Positions 19,849 to 29,948 of a DNA stretch of 64,000 nucleotides are shown here, in pieces. Origin of the DNA: Syntrophales bacterium (GTDB lineage: Bacteria > Desulfobacterota > Syntrophia > Syntrophales > UBA6807); contig JAXGPA010000005.1 of the NCBI GenBank assembly GCA_040767195.1, positions 64,001 to 128,000 of the forward strand, in the 5' to 3' direction. The notes beneath the pieces were generated by a model that saw only the letters and a program-made list of their open reading frames with translations, had not been told where the DNA came from and did no database searches. Made by a program: the position numbers and the translations under genes. Each line of letters starts with the position of its first letter. Within the stretch, counting starts at the first letter, position 1.

Positions 19849-22386
19849 TCAAGGATTTTCGGGAAGAAGGGGTTCGATGAGCCTGACGGGCAGCTTGAGC
19901 GTCCTTTCCAGGATGCCCAGGAGACCGGCCCCCACCGCCGAGGGCTCCAGGGGGATCACGGAAGGGTTTTTCAGGTTTCCCGTGACCCGGACGGGGATGG
20001 CGACGAGGTTCCCGCCGAGAATGTCCCGGATGACGGGAATATGCTTCACAACGAAGTCGGCCGTCTTAAGGGGGGCCACGGCGACGGTGACGTCCATCGT
20101 TTCCGACGGGAGGTCGATCTTTCCGGTGAAGGCGATCTCGACGGAAGCGCCGTCGATGACGCCTTCCTCGATGAGACAGATGCCGTTTTCGAAGACGGCC
20201 CTGACAAGGGCGCTGTCGTAGGCGAATCCCTCCGCGACGATGTCGGGAAGTTTGCCCCGGAGGATTTCCGTGACGTTGACCACCGCCAGGATCCTGGCGA
20301 GGAGGTTCATCCGGTAAATCCGGCCCTTTTCCGCCGTTCCCCGGGCCGTTCCGGAGAGGGAGGCAAGAAGGTCCCTGCCCCGTCCAGTCATCCGGATGTC
20401 GCCGTCCCCGCTCAGGGTTCCCGAGGCGAGCCGGGAATCACCGAAAAGGCAGGAAAGGGTTTCTTCCAGGGGCTGCCCGGCGGCGCTCGGCCTCATGTGA
20501 AGGGAAAAGCCGTCCGGCCCGTAAAGGAGCGTCCCCGGGGTGGAGATCCCGCAGAGCCGGCTTTTGCGCACGGTCGTGGACACCTGTCTCCCCGCGATCG
20601 CGACATCCGCCTCGAAAGGCCGCCAGGCCAGGGACCCGTAGCGGAGCGTTTTCAGGGAAACGGAAACGGTTCCCCTTATGGGGGGCTGCCGCAAGGCGTT
20701 TCCTTTCACCGGGACGCCTTCATTTTTTCCATCCAGGCCCGGCAGTTCCTCCCACCGGATCTCGTCGCCTTCGATCTCCAGGTCGAGGTCGACCCCTTCT
20801 TCTCCCGTTCCGACGCTCCCCTTAAGAACCAGGGGCTTCCCGTCCAGTTCGAGAACCGCCTGTACAAGGTGGAGTCCGTCCCTGTCGAAGGCGAGGGGCG
20901 CCGAGAGGACGTGGAGGGTCGAACCTTCGGCAAGGGGAACGGTCAGGCCTTCGATGACCGCTTTCCCCTCCAGGGAGGAACGCCACCAGGCCCGGGGTAC
21001 CACGGTGCCGCGGATGCGACCGTCGAGCGTTCCGCCGAGCCACGGGGGGGTGACGAAGACGCGGCTCAGGGTCGCCGCCGCGAGTCGTCCCCGGTAGGAA
21101 AAAACGGATTTTCCCTTTTCCATCGCCATGTCCAGAAAGGCCCGGCGCGGCCCGTCGTGGATCTCCAGTTTTTCGATGCGGAAGCCTTCCGGGGGAAAGG
21201 CCATGACGAGGTCGAATCGGGGTCCTTTCTCGATGGCCACCCCTTCCAGGGAGAGACCGCGGGAAGCGTCGTCCCAGCGGACCCTCCCGTCGGACACGGT
21301 GAGGGGATGCCGGAAGCCGGCGCCTTCCGGGAGACCGGCCAGCCGGGAGAGCCAAAGGGCTTCATCCTTCCCTATGGAGCCCTTTATTTTCGTGTCGAGC
21401 ACCATTCTCCCGGAGAAGAGACCCTTGAGAGAGCCGTCGAGAGCGAACCGGCTGCCTCCCAGGGCGGCCTGGGAACCGTGGAGGGAGATTTCCCCCTCTT
21501 TCAGCGCCGCCCGCCCCCCGGACAGCCGGACCTCCCCGGGAAGGTCTTCCCAGGAAAAGGAGGCCCTGTCCAGGGTTCCCGAGGCCCTGCACCGCCAGTC
21601 TCCAGGGTCCTGGAGGGGCCCGTCCCAGGAGACGGTCATGTCTTCGAACACAGCCTTCCCGTCATGGAAACCTTCCTGCCCGTTCCCGTCGTCCTTTCCC
21701 CGGGGTGTGTCCCCGAAGGCTCCCTCGACCAGGCCCGCCTTCACCGTTCCCGAGATGCGGTTGGAGGAGGGTAGCGCCTCGACGCCGCCGGGAGGCGGGT
21801 TACCGGGAAGGGTCAACGCGAGGTCCGCGGTGACCGCCGCGGCTGTCACGGTGACCGGGCCGCTGATCTCGAATCGCCCCCCTCGAATGGTGATTTGCCC
21901 GGGGAGGGTTTTCCCGGGAATCGTCGTCCCGTCCTTCAGAAAAGAGAGGGGGGAAAAGGGGTCTTCCTTTCCCCCGGGGGAACCCCGGCCGGCAAGGGTG
22001 ACCCGAACATCGGGGTCTTCCAGGACAAGCGCCGCGATTTCGACCCGGCCGGCGAGAAGAGAGCGCCCTTTCAGGGTTGCGGCAAGCCGCCTGGCCTTCC
22101 CCTGGTAATTTTCCGGTGAGGCCACCTCGAGATTGTGAAACGCCAAGGCGGGCGCCGGAAAAAAAGAGAGCGCGATCCTTTCGCAGGTGACTGTTCCACC
22201 GATTTGCCGGGACAGTCCGTCAAGGATTCGGTTTTTGACGGGTTCCATGTTGGCGAGCCGGGGCGTCAGGAAGAGAAGGATGCCCAGGAGGGCCAGGAGA
22301 ACCCCTAGAACCGCGGCCAGACGAACCGTCAGGTTTCTTCCGTAGGTTCCCGTTCCCGCGGACTTTTCTCGCGTTTTTCCGGTCAT
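19849..22386 (-). CDS. AsmA-like protein (N-terminal TM anchor, AsmA-like C-terminal region)
   Basis: Single N-terminal TM, long beta-rich body, C-terminal G.IDL...D..V.V.P...IP..G.IL.G...V.G....P.V pattern. Confidence 0.8.
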   Translation of the reverse strand: MTGKTREKSAGTGTYGRNLTVRLAAVLGVLLALLGILLFLTPRLANMEPVKNRILDGLSRQIGGTVTCERIALSFFPAPALAFHNLEVASPENYQGKARRLAATLKGRSLLAGRVEIAALVLEDPDVRVTLAGRGSPGGKEDPFSPLSFLKDGTTIPGKTLPGQITIRGGRFEISGPVTVTAAAVTADLALTLPGNPPPGGVEALPSSNRISGTVKAGLVEGAFGDTPRGKDDGNGQEGFHDGKAVFEDMTVSWDGPLQDPGDWRCRASGTLDRASFSWEDLPGEVRLSGGRAALKEGEISLHGSQAALGGSRFALDGSLKGLFSGRMVLDTKIKGSIGKDEALWLSRLAGLPEGAGFRHPLTVSDGRVRWDDASRGLSLEGVAIEKGPRFDLVMAFPPEGFRIEKLEIHDGPRRAFLDMAMEKGKSVFSYRGRLAAATLSRVFVTPPWLGGTLDGRIRGTVVPRAWWRSSLEGKAVIEGLTVPLAEGSTLHVLSAPLAFDRDGLHLVQAVLELDGKPLVLKGSVGTGEEGVDLDLEIEGDEIRWEELPGLDGKNEGVPVKGNALRQPPIRGTVSVSLKTLRYGSLAWRPFEADVAIAGRQVSTTVRKSRLCGISTPGTLLYGPDGFSLHMRPSAAGQPLEETLSCLFGDSRLASGTLSGDGDIRMTGRGRDLLASLSGTARGTAEKGRIYRMNLLARILAVVNVTEILRGKLPDIVAEGFAYDSALVRAVFENGICLIEEGVIDGASVEIAFTGKIDLPSETMDVTVAVAPLKTADFVVKHIPVIRDILGGNLVAIPVRVTGNLKNPSVIPLEPSAVGAGLLGILERTLKLPVRLIEPLLPENP

Positions 22387-23837
22387 TTCTTCCCTTTGGG
22401 GACGGTCCCTCGATTCTTCACGGGGTTACGAGAGGGGACATCGCCCGATTCCTGTTCCTTCCGGATGGATTGAAACTTGCCCATGGTTTCCCCCCGTCTT
22501 TCGATTTTGTCGACGAGGGTGACGCGGACGGACGGCGCTTCCACACCGAGAGAGGCCAGTTCCCGTTCCAGGAAGTTTCGGATTTTGCCGGGGATGTCCT
22601 TTTTCCCCGGGCCGTCGCCGGCGACCACCCGGACCCGGAGGGTCTCGCCGTGCTGAACGACCTGGTATTCCTTCACCTCCTGCAGTTCGTCCAGGTAACC
22701 CCGGAAAACGATGGGGGGAACAGCGATTTTTCCGCCCGCCGTCCCTTTCAGGAAAAGCGTCTCGTCGTTCCGGCCCTCGATGGCCTTGACGAGGCGGAAG
22801 GGGCGTCCGCAGGGGCAGGGGCGGGGAGACAGGGTGAGGATGTCGGAAATCTCGTAGCGGATGAGGGGTTGTGTGTATTGGTAAAGATTGGTGAAGAAAA
22901 TTTTGTGTCCCCGCTGACCCGCCGGGACGGGCTTTCCCTCTTCATCGACGGTTTCGTAAATTCCAAGATCCTCGAAGAGGTGAATTCCCTGGTGCCGGGT
23001 ACAGGCGATGCCGAGAACGCCCTCGGTGGCGCTGTAACTGTTGAAAGGGATGATGTTCCAGGCCCGGCGGATTTTTTCGACGGTTTTCCCCGGCAGGGGT
23101 TCCGCCCCAGTGACCATGACCCGCGGCGAAATACGAAGCCGCCCGGCGGTCTGCTCATGGGCGAGAAGGGAGGCCACCGATGGGTAGGTGTGAATGTATT
23201 CGGGCATGAAGGCGTTCATTTCCCTGACCAGGTCTTCCAGGGGCGCCGTCGCCTCGAGGCGCTGATAGAAACGATGATCCACCTCCCGGCTGATGGCCCG
23301 TCGATAACTCAGGTGAAGGGGGTTGCCCGCGCCGATGGAGGTGATCCGCATTTTCCGATCCGCCGGGAGATCCATGAAGCGGGAGGCCCGGGTGACGCTT
23401 CCGTGTAGGTGCCGCCATAGGAGGCGGTCGTAGAGAAAGACGCCCTTGTGGCCCGAGCTCCCCGCCGTGGTCAGGACCCGGTATTTCCCCAGGTAGTAGT
23501 CGTCTTCCCTGAGCGTCTCCATGTAACGCCTGATCTTCTCGAGCCTGAGCCGGCGGTCCGTCACGACCTCGTCGAAGTGCTCCATGATAAGGGACTTGGT
23601 GACCGGGGGAAGGTCTTCCAGCGTCGAGCCGGGCCCGATTCCACGGGACCGGTAAAGATCCCTGTAAAATGGGGAGTGATTCACGGCGTGAGACACGAGG
23701 TCGTGAAGGGCTTTCTCCTGGTGGCGCCGGAGGGTCTCGCCGTCCCACCATTCGCGGGCCTTGAAGACCGGTTCCATGGCTCTCGCCCCCTCGACGTCTT
23801 CCCGCCTTTTTTTTCTGTTTTCCTCTTGCGTTGTCAT
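22383..23837 (-). CDS. Phenylacetate-CoA ligase family (PaaK/F390 synthetase-like) protein
   Basis: SPFYR, LPPVTK, TAGSSG, YSATE, TNL..YTQPLIRYEISD, IEGR. Confidence 0.85.
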   Translation of the reverse strand: MTTQEENRKKRREDVEGARAMEPVFKAREWWDGETLRRHQEKALHDLVSHAVNHSPFYRDLYRSRGIGPGSTLEDLPPVTKSLIMEHFDEVVTDRRLRLEKIRRYMETLREDDYYLGKYRVLTTAGSSGHKGVFLYDRLLWRHLHGSVTRASRFMDLPADRKMRITSIGAGNPLHLSYRRAISREVDHRFYQRLEATAPLEDLVREMNAFMPEYIHTYPSVASLLAHEQTAGRLRISPRVMVTGAEPLPGKTVEKIRRAWNIIPFNSYSATEGVLGIACTRHQGIHLFEDLGIYETVDEEGKPVPAGQRGHKIFFTNLYQYTQPLIRYEISDILTLSPRPCPCGRPFRLVKAIEGRNDETLFLKGTAGGKIAVPPIVFRGYLDELQEVKEYQVVQHGETLRVRVVAGDGPGKKDIPGKIRNFLERELASLGVEAPSVRVTLVDKIERRGETMGKFQSIRKEQESGDVPSRNPVKNRGTVPKGKK

Positions 23838-24067
23838 GGTGAAATTATACTTGCCGGGACTGGAAAAATCAAAAAAGGGCTTCGCTGGTAAAATGTCGCC
23901 GATCTTTAGCCTTTTCAAGAGGCCGCCGATGGAGTAGAAAGAAAAGCGGCGCCCGGGGTTTTCCAGCGGAACGGGAAGAGCTCGGCGCGGCGGCGGAGGC
24001 AGGGGCGTCGGTCCGGGCGGCCCCGGGGAGTTGAATGAAAAATTTCATGCGGGAAAACGGAGCAGGA

Positions 24068-25051
24068 ATGGACTGTGAACTCATCGTCGGCGGCGCGGGA
24101 TACGTCGGTTCCCATGTGAACAAGTACCTTGCGGGGAGGGGCCACCAAACGGTGGTTTACGACAACCTGGTATACGGTCACCGGGACTTCGTAAGGTGGG
24201 GGGACTTCGTGGAGGGGGACCTGGCGGACCTTGAAGCCCTTCGATCCTGTTTCCGTCGTTATCCTATCCGGTCTGTCATGCATTTCGGCGCCTTCGCCTA
24301 TGTGGGGGAGTCCGTTTCCGATCCCGGGAAATACTATCAGAATAACGTGGCCAACACCCTGAACCTGTTATCCGTCACGCGGGAGTTCGGCGTCCGTTTT
24401 GTCATCTTTTCGTCAAGCTGTGCCGTTTACGGGATACCCCGGGAGATCCCCCTGACGGAAACCCATCCAACGGACCCCATCAACCCTTATGGGCGGACCA
24501 AGCGGATAATCGAGATGGCCCTCGAGGACTACGCCCGGGCTTACGGGATAAGGTACGTGAATCTTCGTTATTTCAACGCCGCCGGCGCCGATCCGGAGGC
24601 GGAAATCGGCGAGTGGCACGACCCGGAAACGCATCTCATTCCCCTGGTTCTCGAGGCGGCCCTGGGCCGCAGGGAAGACGTGAAGATTTTCGGGACGGAC
24701 TACGAAACGGCCGATGGAACCTGCATTCGGGACTACATTCACGTCATGGACCTGGCCGCGGCCCACGCCCTGGCCCTGGAGAGGCTGATCCGCGGCGGTG
24801 GGAGCGACACCTTCAACCTGGGAAACGGAAAGGGCTTTTCCGTCCGCCAGGTGATCGACGCGGCCCGGCGGGTCACGGGGAAAGACATCCCGTCCCGGGA
24901 GGCGCCCCGGCGGGACGGTGACCCCCCGGTCCTTGTCGGGAGTTCCGACAAGGCGAGGCGCGTCCTGGGCTGGGAGGCACGGTACGACGACCTGGAAACC
25001 ATCGTCGAGACGGCCTGGCGGTGGCAGCAGGTCCTGGAGTCCCGCCGGTAG
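24068..25051 (+). CDS. galE: UDP-glucose 4-epimerase
   Basis: GGAGYVGSH, HFGA..YVGES, SSSCAVYG, YGRTK, LRYFNAAGA, DGTCIRDYIHV. Confidence 0.95.
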   Translation: MDCELIVGGAGYVGSHVNKYLAGRGHQTVVYDNLVYGHRDFVRWGDFVEGDLADLEALRSCFRRYPIRSVMHFGAFAYVGESVSDPGKYYQNNVANTLNLLSVTREFGVRFVIFSSSCAVYGIPREIPLTETHPTDPINPYGRTKRIIEMALEDYARAYGIRYVNLRYFNAAGADPEAEIGEWHDPETHLIPLVLEAALGRREDVKIFGTDYETADGTCIRDYIHVMDLAAAHALALERLIRGGGSDTFNLGNGKGFSVRQVIDAARRVTGKDIPSREAPRRDGDPPVLVGSSDKARRVLGWEARYDDLETIVETAWRWQQVLESRR

Positions 25052-25121
25052 GGCGTTCAGGAGCGGATGATCCGGGTCCGGACGGGCGGGAATGAGAAGG
25101 CCGTCATTTATGATCGGCTGC

Positions 25122-25499
25122 TCATCGGGCGGCAAGGGGCGTAACGATGTGGAAGACACCCCCGTCGGTGTAGAAAAAGATCTCGTGGCCCGTCACATCC
25201 AGGCTTTTTCCCTCCGGAAGGGCAACGGGAACGATTTCCACCGCCTCGATCCGGTGCCAGAGATTTTCCACCTGGATGCGGACGACCATCCCGTCCGGGT
25301 TCCGCTCGTAAGGCACCTGGTAGGCATCGAGGACGTGGGTCAGAAAACGGTTTTTTAATGCCGTCACCTCCACCCCCCGCTGCTCCAAAGCCCGGATCTG
25401 ACCGTAACCGTCGGCGCGGTCCGCGGCGGGAGCAAGGGCCGGGAAAGAAAGACATACGAAAAGGGACACGAGGCAGGCCAAAAGCAGCTTTTTTCTCAT
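25122..25499 (-). CDS. Small secreted hypothetical protein
   Basis: Signal peptide; start overlaps the upstream stop codon. Confidence 0.65.
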   Translation of the reverse strand: MRKKLLLACLVSLFVCLSFPALAPAADRADGYGQIRALEQRGVEVTALKNRFLTHVLDAYQVPYERNPDGMVVRIQVENLWHRIEAVEIVPVALPEGKSLDVTGHEIFFYTDGGVFHIVTPLAAR

Positions 25500-26239
25500 G
25501 ACAGGGATCCTTCCTTCACCCTAAATTCTCCCAATCCCCTCTCTCGCGACGAATCCCGGCGGCTCGTGTTTTCCGGGGCCTTTGGCCGTAACTCCCCGGT
25601 GATCCTTTTTCGTGTTCCCGCGGCGTCGGTAAAGACGGCGGACAGGACGTCCCAGCGCCCGTTCTCGAGGGCCAGCCTGATCCGGACATCCGTTTCCCCT
25701 TTCGGCCCTTTCACGTGGATTTTCAGGTCCGCCGTGCCCCGCCCCCGGCTTGTCTGAACCGATCCGGCGGGAAACAGCCCGAAGCGCAGGGGGCTTCCCA
25801 CGGCCTCCCGGATTTCTTCACTGTTCCGGATGAACGACTCGGCCGTCCGGTAGGCTTCCGACGCCTTGACGACGTAAAGGATTCCCGCGAGGAGGCCTAT
25901 GGTCAGAAGAACCATGAGGATCAGTCCCGTGACCATGAACCGGAGGACTTTCCCTTTCGCCGGGGGGATCTTGGTCTTGCTTTCGGGAGCGGCGGGTTTT
26001 TTTTCTTCCCCGAGAGGCTGAGCGTAAAGGGGGGCGCGGCATTTGACGCAGAGATCCTGACCCGCCTGCTCGTAGCCGCAGGCGGGGCAGCGGACTTTTT
26101 CCGGGGAGGGCGCGGTGGCGCCCACGTCTATCGTTGTCCGGTACCCGCAGTGCCGGCAGGTGACGGCGATGGAGGGCCTTCGCCACCTGCGCTGCCTCAC
26201 CTCGTTTACTTTTCCGCAATTGGAACAGATGATGATCAT
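25496..26239 (-). CDS. Zinc-ribbon + TM + Coa1-like domain protein
   Basis: Four CxxC pairs, a TM helix, then SEAY..A..FIR.......VG.P..G....G.V....G.A.L.I.VKGPKG. Confidence 0.7.
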   Translation of the reverse strand: MIIICSNCGKVNEVRQRRWRRPSIAVTCRHCGYRTTIDVGATAPSPEKVRCPACGYEQAGQDLCVKCRAPLYAQPLGEEKKPAAPESKTKIPPAKGKVLRFMVTGLILMVLLTIGLLAGILYVVKASEAYRTAESFIRNSEEIREAVGSPLRFGLFPAGSVQTSRGRGTADLKIHVKGPKGETDVRIRLALENGRWDVLSAVFTDAAGTRKRITGELRPKAPENTSRRDSSRERGLGEFRVKEGSLS

Positions 26240-26475
26240 GGTAACCTTTTACCTGGTTTTTTCCTGTTCCCGGGTTCGTGGTGCCCTGTTCAGAAAATTA
26301 ACACAAACGATTTCAACAGGCAAGCGCTTCCCGGGAAAAGCGGTGGGGGAGACGGGGGAAAGATCTTGCGGTGACGGCCATGTTCCATTATAGTTGTCGA
26401 ACATGTAAAAATGTCTTGTTGTGTTTTTCAGGAAAAGCCGCACCGGTTGTACAATTCAGCTTTGAGGAGAAACCC

Positions 26476-26889
26476 ATGAGCGGCAGAATGGTCCGTGTCC
26501 TGCTGGCGAAATTCGGAAAAAGCGACGAGGGGGACCTGTGGCGGATGGCGAGAAATATCCGCGATGCCGGCGAGGAAGCCATATACACGGAGTCCCAGAA
26601 ACCGGAGGTCATTGTCGGCGCCGCCGTCCAGGAGTCGGTGGACTACATCGCCATCGCCGCTTCTCCCGGAACGGATCTTTCCCTGTTCAGGCGGGTCATG
26701 GAGCTCCTGCGGAAGGCGGAAGCGACGGATATCTTCGTGTCGGCGGGCGGCGAGCTCAGTGAAGAGGAACAGGAATTTCTGAAGAGGGAAGGCGTTCACT
26801 CCTTTTTTCCAACCAACGGGGATCACGACGATCTCGTCGACTGGATCCGGGGTCATTTCACGGAACCGCTCGACCCCCCCGTTTCCTGA
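26476..26889 (+). CDS. Stand-alone cobalamin-binding domain (acyl-CoA mutase small-subunit-like), divergent
   Basis: RVLLAK.G, RDAGEEAIY, IV.AAVQE.VD, VSAGG align with the MCM C-terminal domain; GAGGAG RBS. Confidence 0.75.
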   Translation: MSGRMVRVLLAKFGKSDEGDLWRMARNIRDAGEEAIYTESQKPEVIVGAAVQESVDYIAIAASPGTDLSLFRRVMELLRKAEATDIFVSAGGELSEEEQEFLKREGVHSFFPTNGDHDDLVDWIRGHFTEPLDPPVS

Positions 26890-27694
26890 GGGAAATAAAG
26901 CGAACCGTTTTGACCGACGCCAGAAGGAGGGCGCCCACGAGGATGATTGCCGCTCCCGACGGAAGGTTAGTGATGTAGGAAACGGCCAGTCCCGCCGTGC
27001 ACATGACCGTTCCCGTCAGCGCCGAGAGACCCATGAGGCCCGGGAAACGAATGGTAAGTTCCCGCGCCACCGCCACGGGAAGCGTGAGAAGGGCGAGGAC
27101 GAGGATGATCCCCACCACCTGGATCAGGGTCACGATGGTCAGGGCCACGAGCACCAGAAGTCCCGAGTGAAGCGCCTTTACGGGCAGGCCTCTCGCCTGG
27201 GCGAATTCCTCGTCCAGGGCGATGGCGACGAATCCCCTGAAAAAGATGAAGACGGAAAAAAGGACCACCGTTGCGAGAGCGGCTGCCAGGAGGAGGTCCG
27301 ACCGGGGAACCAGCAGGATGTTGCCGAACAGGAAGGTCATGAGATTGGGCACGTATCCCGGGGTCAGCTGGATGAAGACGATCCCCAGGGCCATCCCGAC
27401 GGCCCAGAGAATGCCGATGTAAAGGTCGCTCTCCTCCGTTTCCTTCCTTCCTGAAAAAGCGAGAGCCAGGGCGGCGAGAAGGGTGAACACCAGGGCTCCG
27501 TAAAGGGGGTTCACCCCGAGCCAGAAGGCGATGCCCATGCCCCCGAAGGCCGAGTGGCTCATGCTTCCCCCGATGAAAACCATTTTCCGGGTGACCACGA
27601 AGGGGCCGATGACACCGCACAGGAGGCTGGCCAGAACACCGGCCGCCAGGGCGTTCTGCATGAATTCATAGGACAGAAGGTTCGGGAGAGGCAT
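26858..27694 (-). CDS. znuB: Zn/Mn ABC transporter permease
   Basis: SHSAFGG, FLFGNIL, DEEFA..RG, VGIILV; multiple TM segments. Confidence 0.92.
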   Translation of the reverse strand: MPLPNLLSYEFMQNALAAGVLASLLCGVIGPFVVTRKMVFIGGSMSHSAFGGMGIAFWLGVNPLYGALVFTLLAALALAFSGRKETEESDLYIGILWAVGMALGIVFIQLTPGYVPNLMTFLFGNILLVPRSDLLLAAALATVVLFSVFIFFRGFVAIALDEEFAQARGLPVKALHSGLLVLVALTIVTLIQVVGIILVLALLTLPVAVARELTIRFPGLMGLSALTGTVMCTAGLAVSYITNLPSGAAIILVGALLLASVKTVRFISLRKRGGRAVP

Positions 27695-28450
27695 CTATCG
27701 ATTCCCGCCGCTGTCGTGGTCCCGGAGGAGGGTGTGGGGAATGCCGTGGCCGAGAAGCGCCACGGGACACCCGTAAAGCATCTCCAGGGTGTGGCTGTCC
27801 AGTTCCCCCTGTCCGTGGAGAAAGGTCTTCCTGTTGACACACAGGATGTGCTTGTAGGTTCGGGCGAAGGGCGTCGGGTCATGGGTTACGACAATAACGG
27901 CCATATCCTTGTTCAGCCTTTCCAGGAAGTCCAGGAGGCTTTCCCGGGCGGTGATGTCCATGGACGCCGTGGGCTCATCGAGGAAGAGAACCAGGGGGTC
28001 GGAGACCAGGGCCCTGGCGATGAGGGCCCTTTGAAGCTGCCCCCCGGACAGGCGGGCGATCCGCTCTTCCCTTTTTTCCTGAAGCCCGACGTTTTCAATC
28101 ATCTCGAGAGCCCGCTCCCGGTGGGACGGGTGTTTCGCGGAAAGATAGGTGCTTCCGCTCACCAGGCCCGTCAACACCATGTCGAGAACGGAAATGGGGA
28201 AATTCCTGTTCAGGGTGGCGTACTGGGGCACGTACCCCATTCTTTCGGCGAGCCCCTGCCGCAGGGTGACGGAACCGCTCCAGGGTTTTTCGATCCCCAG
28301 GATCAGCTTGAGGAGCGTCGTCTTCCCGCCGCCGTTGGGGCCGATGACGAGGATGTAATCTCTTTCCGTGATCCGGAAGGTCACGTTTTCGAGAACGGGG
28401 TGCTCCTCGTAGCCGAAGGTGACGTCCCGGAGCTCGACGAGGGTTTTCAT
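27695..28450 (-). CDS. znuC: Zn/Mn ABC transporter ATP-binding protein
   Basis: GPNGGGKTT, LSGGQ, LDEPT, VTHD. Confidence 0.92.
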   Translation of the reverse strand: MKTLVELRDVTFGYEEHPVLENVTFRITERDYILVIGPNGGGKTTLLKLILGIEKPWSGSVTLRQGLAERMGYVPQYATLNRNFPISVLDMVLTGLVSGSTYLSAKHPSHRERALEMIENVGLQEKREERIARLSGGQLQRALIARALVSDPLVLFLDEPTASMDITARESLLDFLERLNKDMAVIVVTHDPTPFARTYKHILCVNRKTFLHGQGELDSHTLEMLYGCPVALLGHGIPHTLLRDHDSGGNR

Positions 28451-29376
28451 CGGAGGGTCCTTTGCAGCGCCTCGGAGAACCGCTTCAGGTTTTCCAGCCA
28501 GTCTTTTTCCAGGGGGTCCATCTCCACGACTTCCCCGCCCGTTTCCCCGGCGATGAGCCGGGCGCTTTTCGTATCGAAGCCCTTCTGGACGAAAATGACG
28601 GGGATGTCCTTTTCCCGGGCGAGATCGATCATCGCCCGGATCCGGGAGATGGGGGGCGTTTTGCCTTCTTCTTCCAGGGCGATCTGCTCGAGGCCGTACG
28701 CATCGGCGAAATACCCCCAGGCGGGATGGTAGACCATGAAGGAAAGGCCTTCCTTTCCCCGCAGGGTGTACCGGATTTCCCTGTCGAGGCTGTCGATTTC
28801 GGCCTGGAAACGGTCCCGGTTGGCCTGGTAGAAGCCTTCGCCGGCGGGGTCTATTTCGGAAAGGGCCTTTGAGATCCGCCCGGCGGCGGCCCGGACAATG
28901 GCGGGGGAAAGCCAGACGTGCGGATCCGGTTCACCGTCCCCGTGATCGCCGCTGTCGCCCCTTTCACCCTTTCCATCCGCCCCGTCTTCGTGCCGGTGTG
29001 ACGTTTCTCGCCGGAAAGAGATGCCTTCGGAGAGGCTTATCACCCGGATGTCCCTGTTTCTTTTCAGAAGGGGGTCGACGTATTTTTTTTCGAAGATGAA
29101 GGACGGAACGCCGACCTTCACGTAGAGGGCCGACTGTTCCAGGCCGATCATCTGGCGGGGGGTCGGTTCGTACGTGGCGGGTGATGAGAACCGGGGAACC
29201 ATGGTCTGGACGACGACCCGGTCTCCCCCGATCTTCTCCACGAAAAAGGCCTGGGGCGGAACGCTCACGGTTACGGGAATTTTTTTTATTTCACAGGCAC
29301 CGCTTCCGGGAAATGCAACCAGAAAGAGGGTGGTCCAAACCGCGATGAAGAAACCCGTTTTGGCGGCGGCACCCAT
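28447..29376 (-). CDS. znuA: Zinc ABC transporter substrate-binding protein
   Basis: TYEPTP, His/acidic loop, DPHVWLSP, YHPAWGYFA. Confidence 0.92.
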   Translation of the reverse strand: MGAAAKTGFFIAVWTTLFLVAFPGSGACEIKKIPVTVSVPPQAFFVEKIGGDRVVVQTMVPRFSSPATYEPTPRQMIGLEQSALYVKVGVPSFIFEKKYVDPLLKRNRDIRVISLSEGISFRRETSHRHEDGADGKGERGDSGDHGDGEPDPHVWLSPAIVRAAAGRISKALSEIDPAGEGFYQANRDRFQAEIDSLDREIRYTLRGKEGLSFMVYHPAWGYFADAYGLEQIALEEEGKTPPISRIRAMIDLAREKDIPVIFVQKGFDTKSARLIAGETGGEVVEMDPLEKDWLENLKRFSEALQRTLR

Positions 29377-29380
29377 CGTT

Positions 29381-29830
29381 TCATTCCTTTCGGCGGGAGG
29401 AGCAGGGCCTGCTGCACCGCTCGCAGAGGCCCGTCAGGCTGATGACGAGGTTTTTGAAGGAGAACGCCTCGGGGAGGGTGATCCACCGGTTGACCGATTC
29501 CATGGAAAGAGGGGCCAGGCAGGTCATGGATCGGCAGCAGGTGCAGTAAAAGTGAGGATGAAAGGGATTGTGCCGGCAGGCTATCTCGTAGTAGTTGGTC
29601 CCGGAAGCCGTAGGGATTTCCCGGACAAGCCTCTTGTCCCGCAGGGTGTTCAGCGTGCGGTAGATGGTCGCCCGGTCCATTTTCAGCCCTTCCGCCACGA
29701 GGTCGTTCACCGCCACGGGTGCCGCCGCCCCGATGAGCGCTTCCAGCACGGCGATCCGTGGCGCTGTCCTGGAAAGCCCCTTTTCACGGAGAAGTTCCGT
29801 GGGATCGCACTGTTCGTCCATGGGAACCAT
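29381..29830 (-). CDS. zur: Fur family regulator, probably Zur
   Basis: T.PR..VL, DRATIYRTL, HPHFYCTCC, GLCERC; first gene of the znu operon. Confidence 0.85.
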   Translation of the reverse strand: MVPMDEQCDPTELLREKGLSRTAPRIAVLEALIGAAAPVAVNDLVAEGLKMDRATIYRTLNTLRDKRLVREIPTASGTNYYEIACRHNPFHPHFYCTCCRSMTCLAPLSMESVNRWITLPEAFSFKNLVISLTGLCERCSRPCSSRRKE

Positions 29831-29849
29831 TTAATATTCTGTATCATAA

Positions 29850-29875
29850 ATGCAATTAGTTTGCAAATATTTGCA
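29850..29875. promoter_or_regulatory. Putative Zur operator (overlapping palindromes)
   Basis: TGCAA-N5-TTGCA (29851-29865) overlapping the perfect palindrome TGCAAATATTTGCA (29862-29875), just upstream of zur. Confidence 0.6.
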
Positions 29876-29948
29876 GAAAGGTCGATTTTTTTCCCTGTCG
29901 GTGTTATGAACACGGCAAAATGACGATTATGGCTCAAGGAGACGTAAC

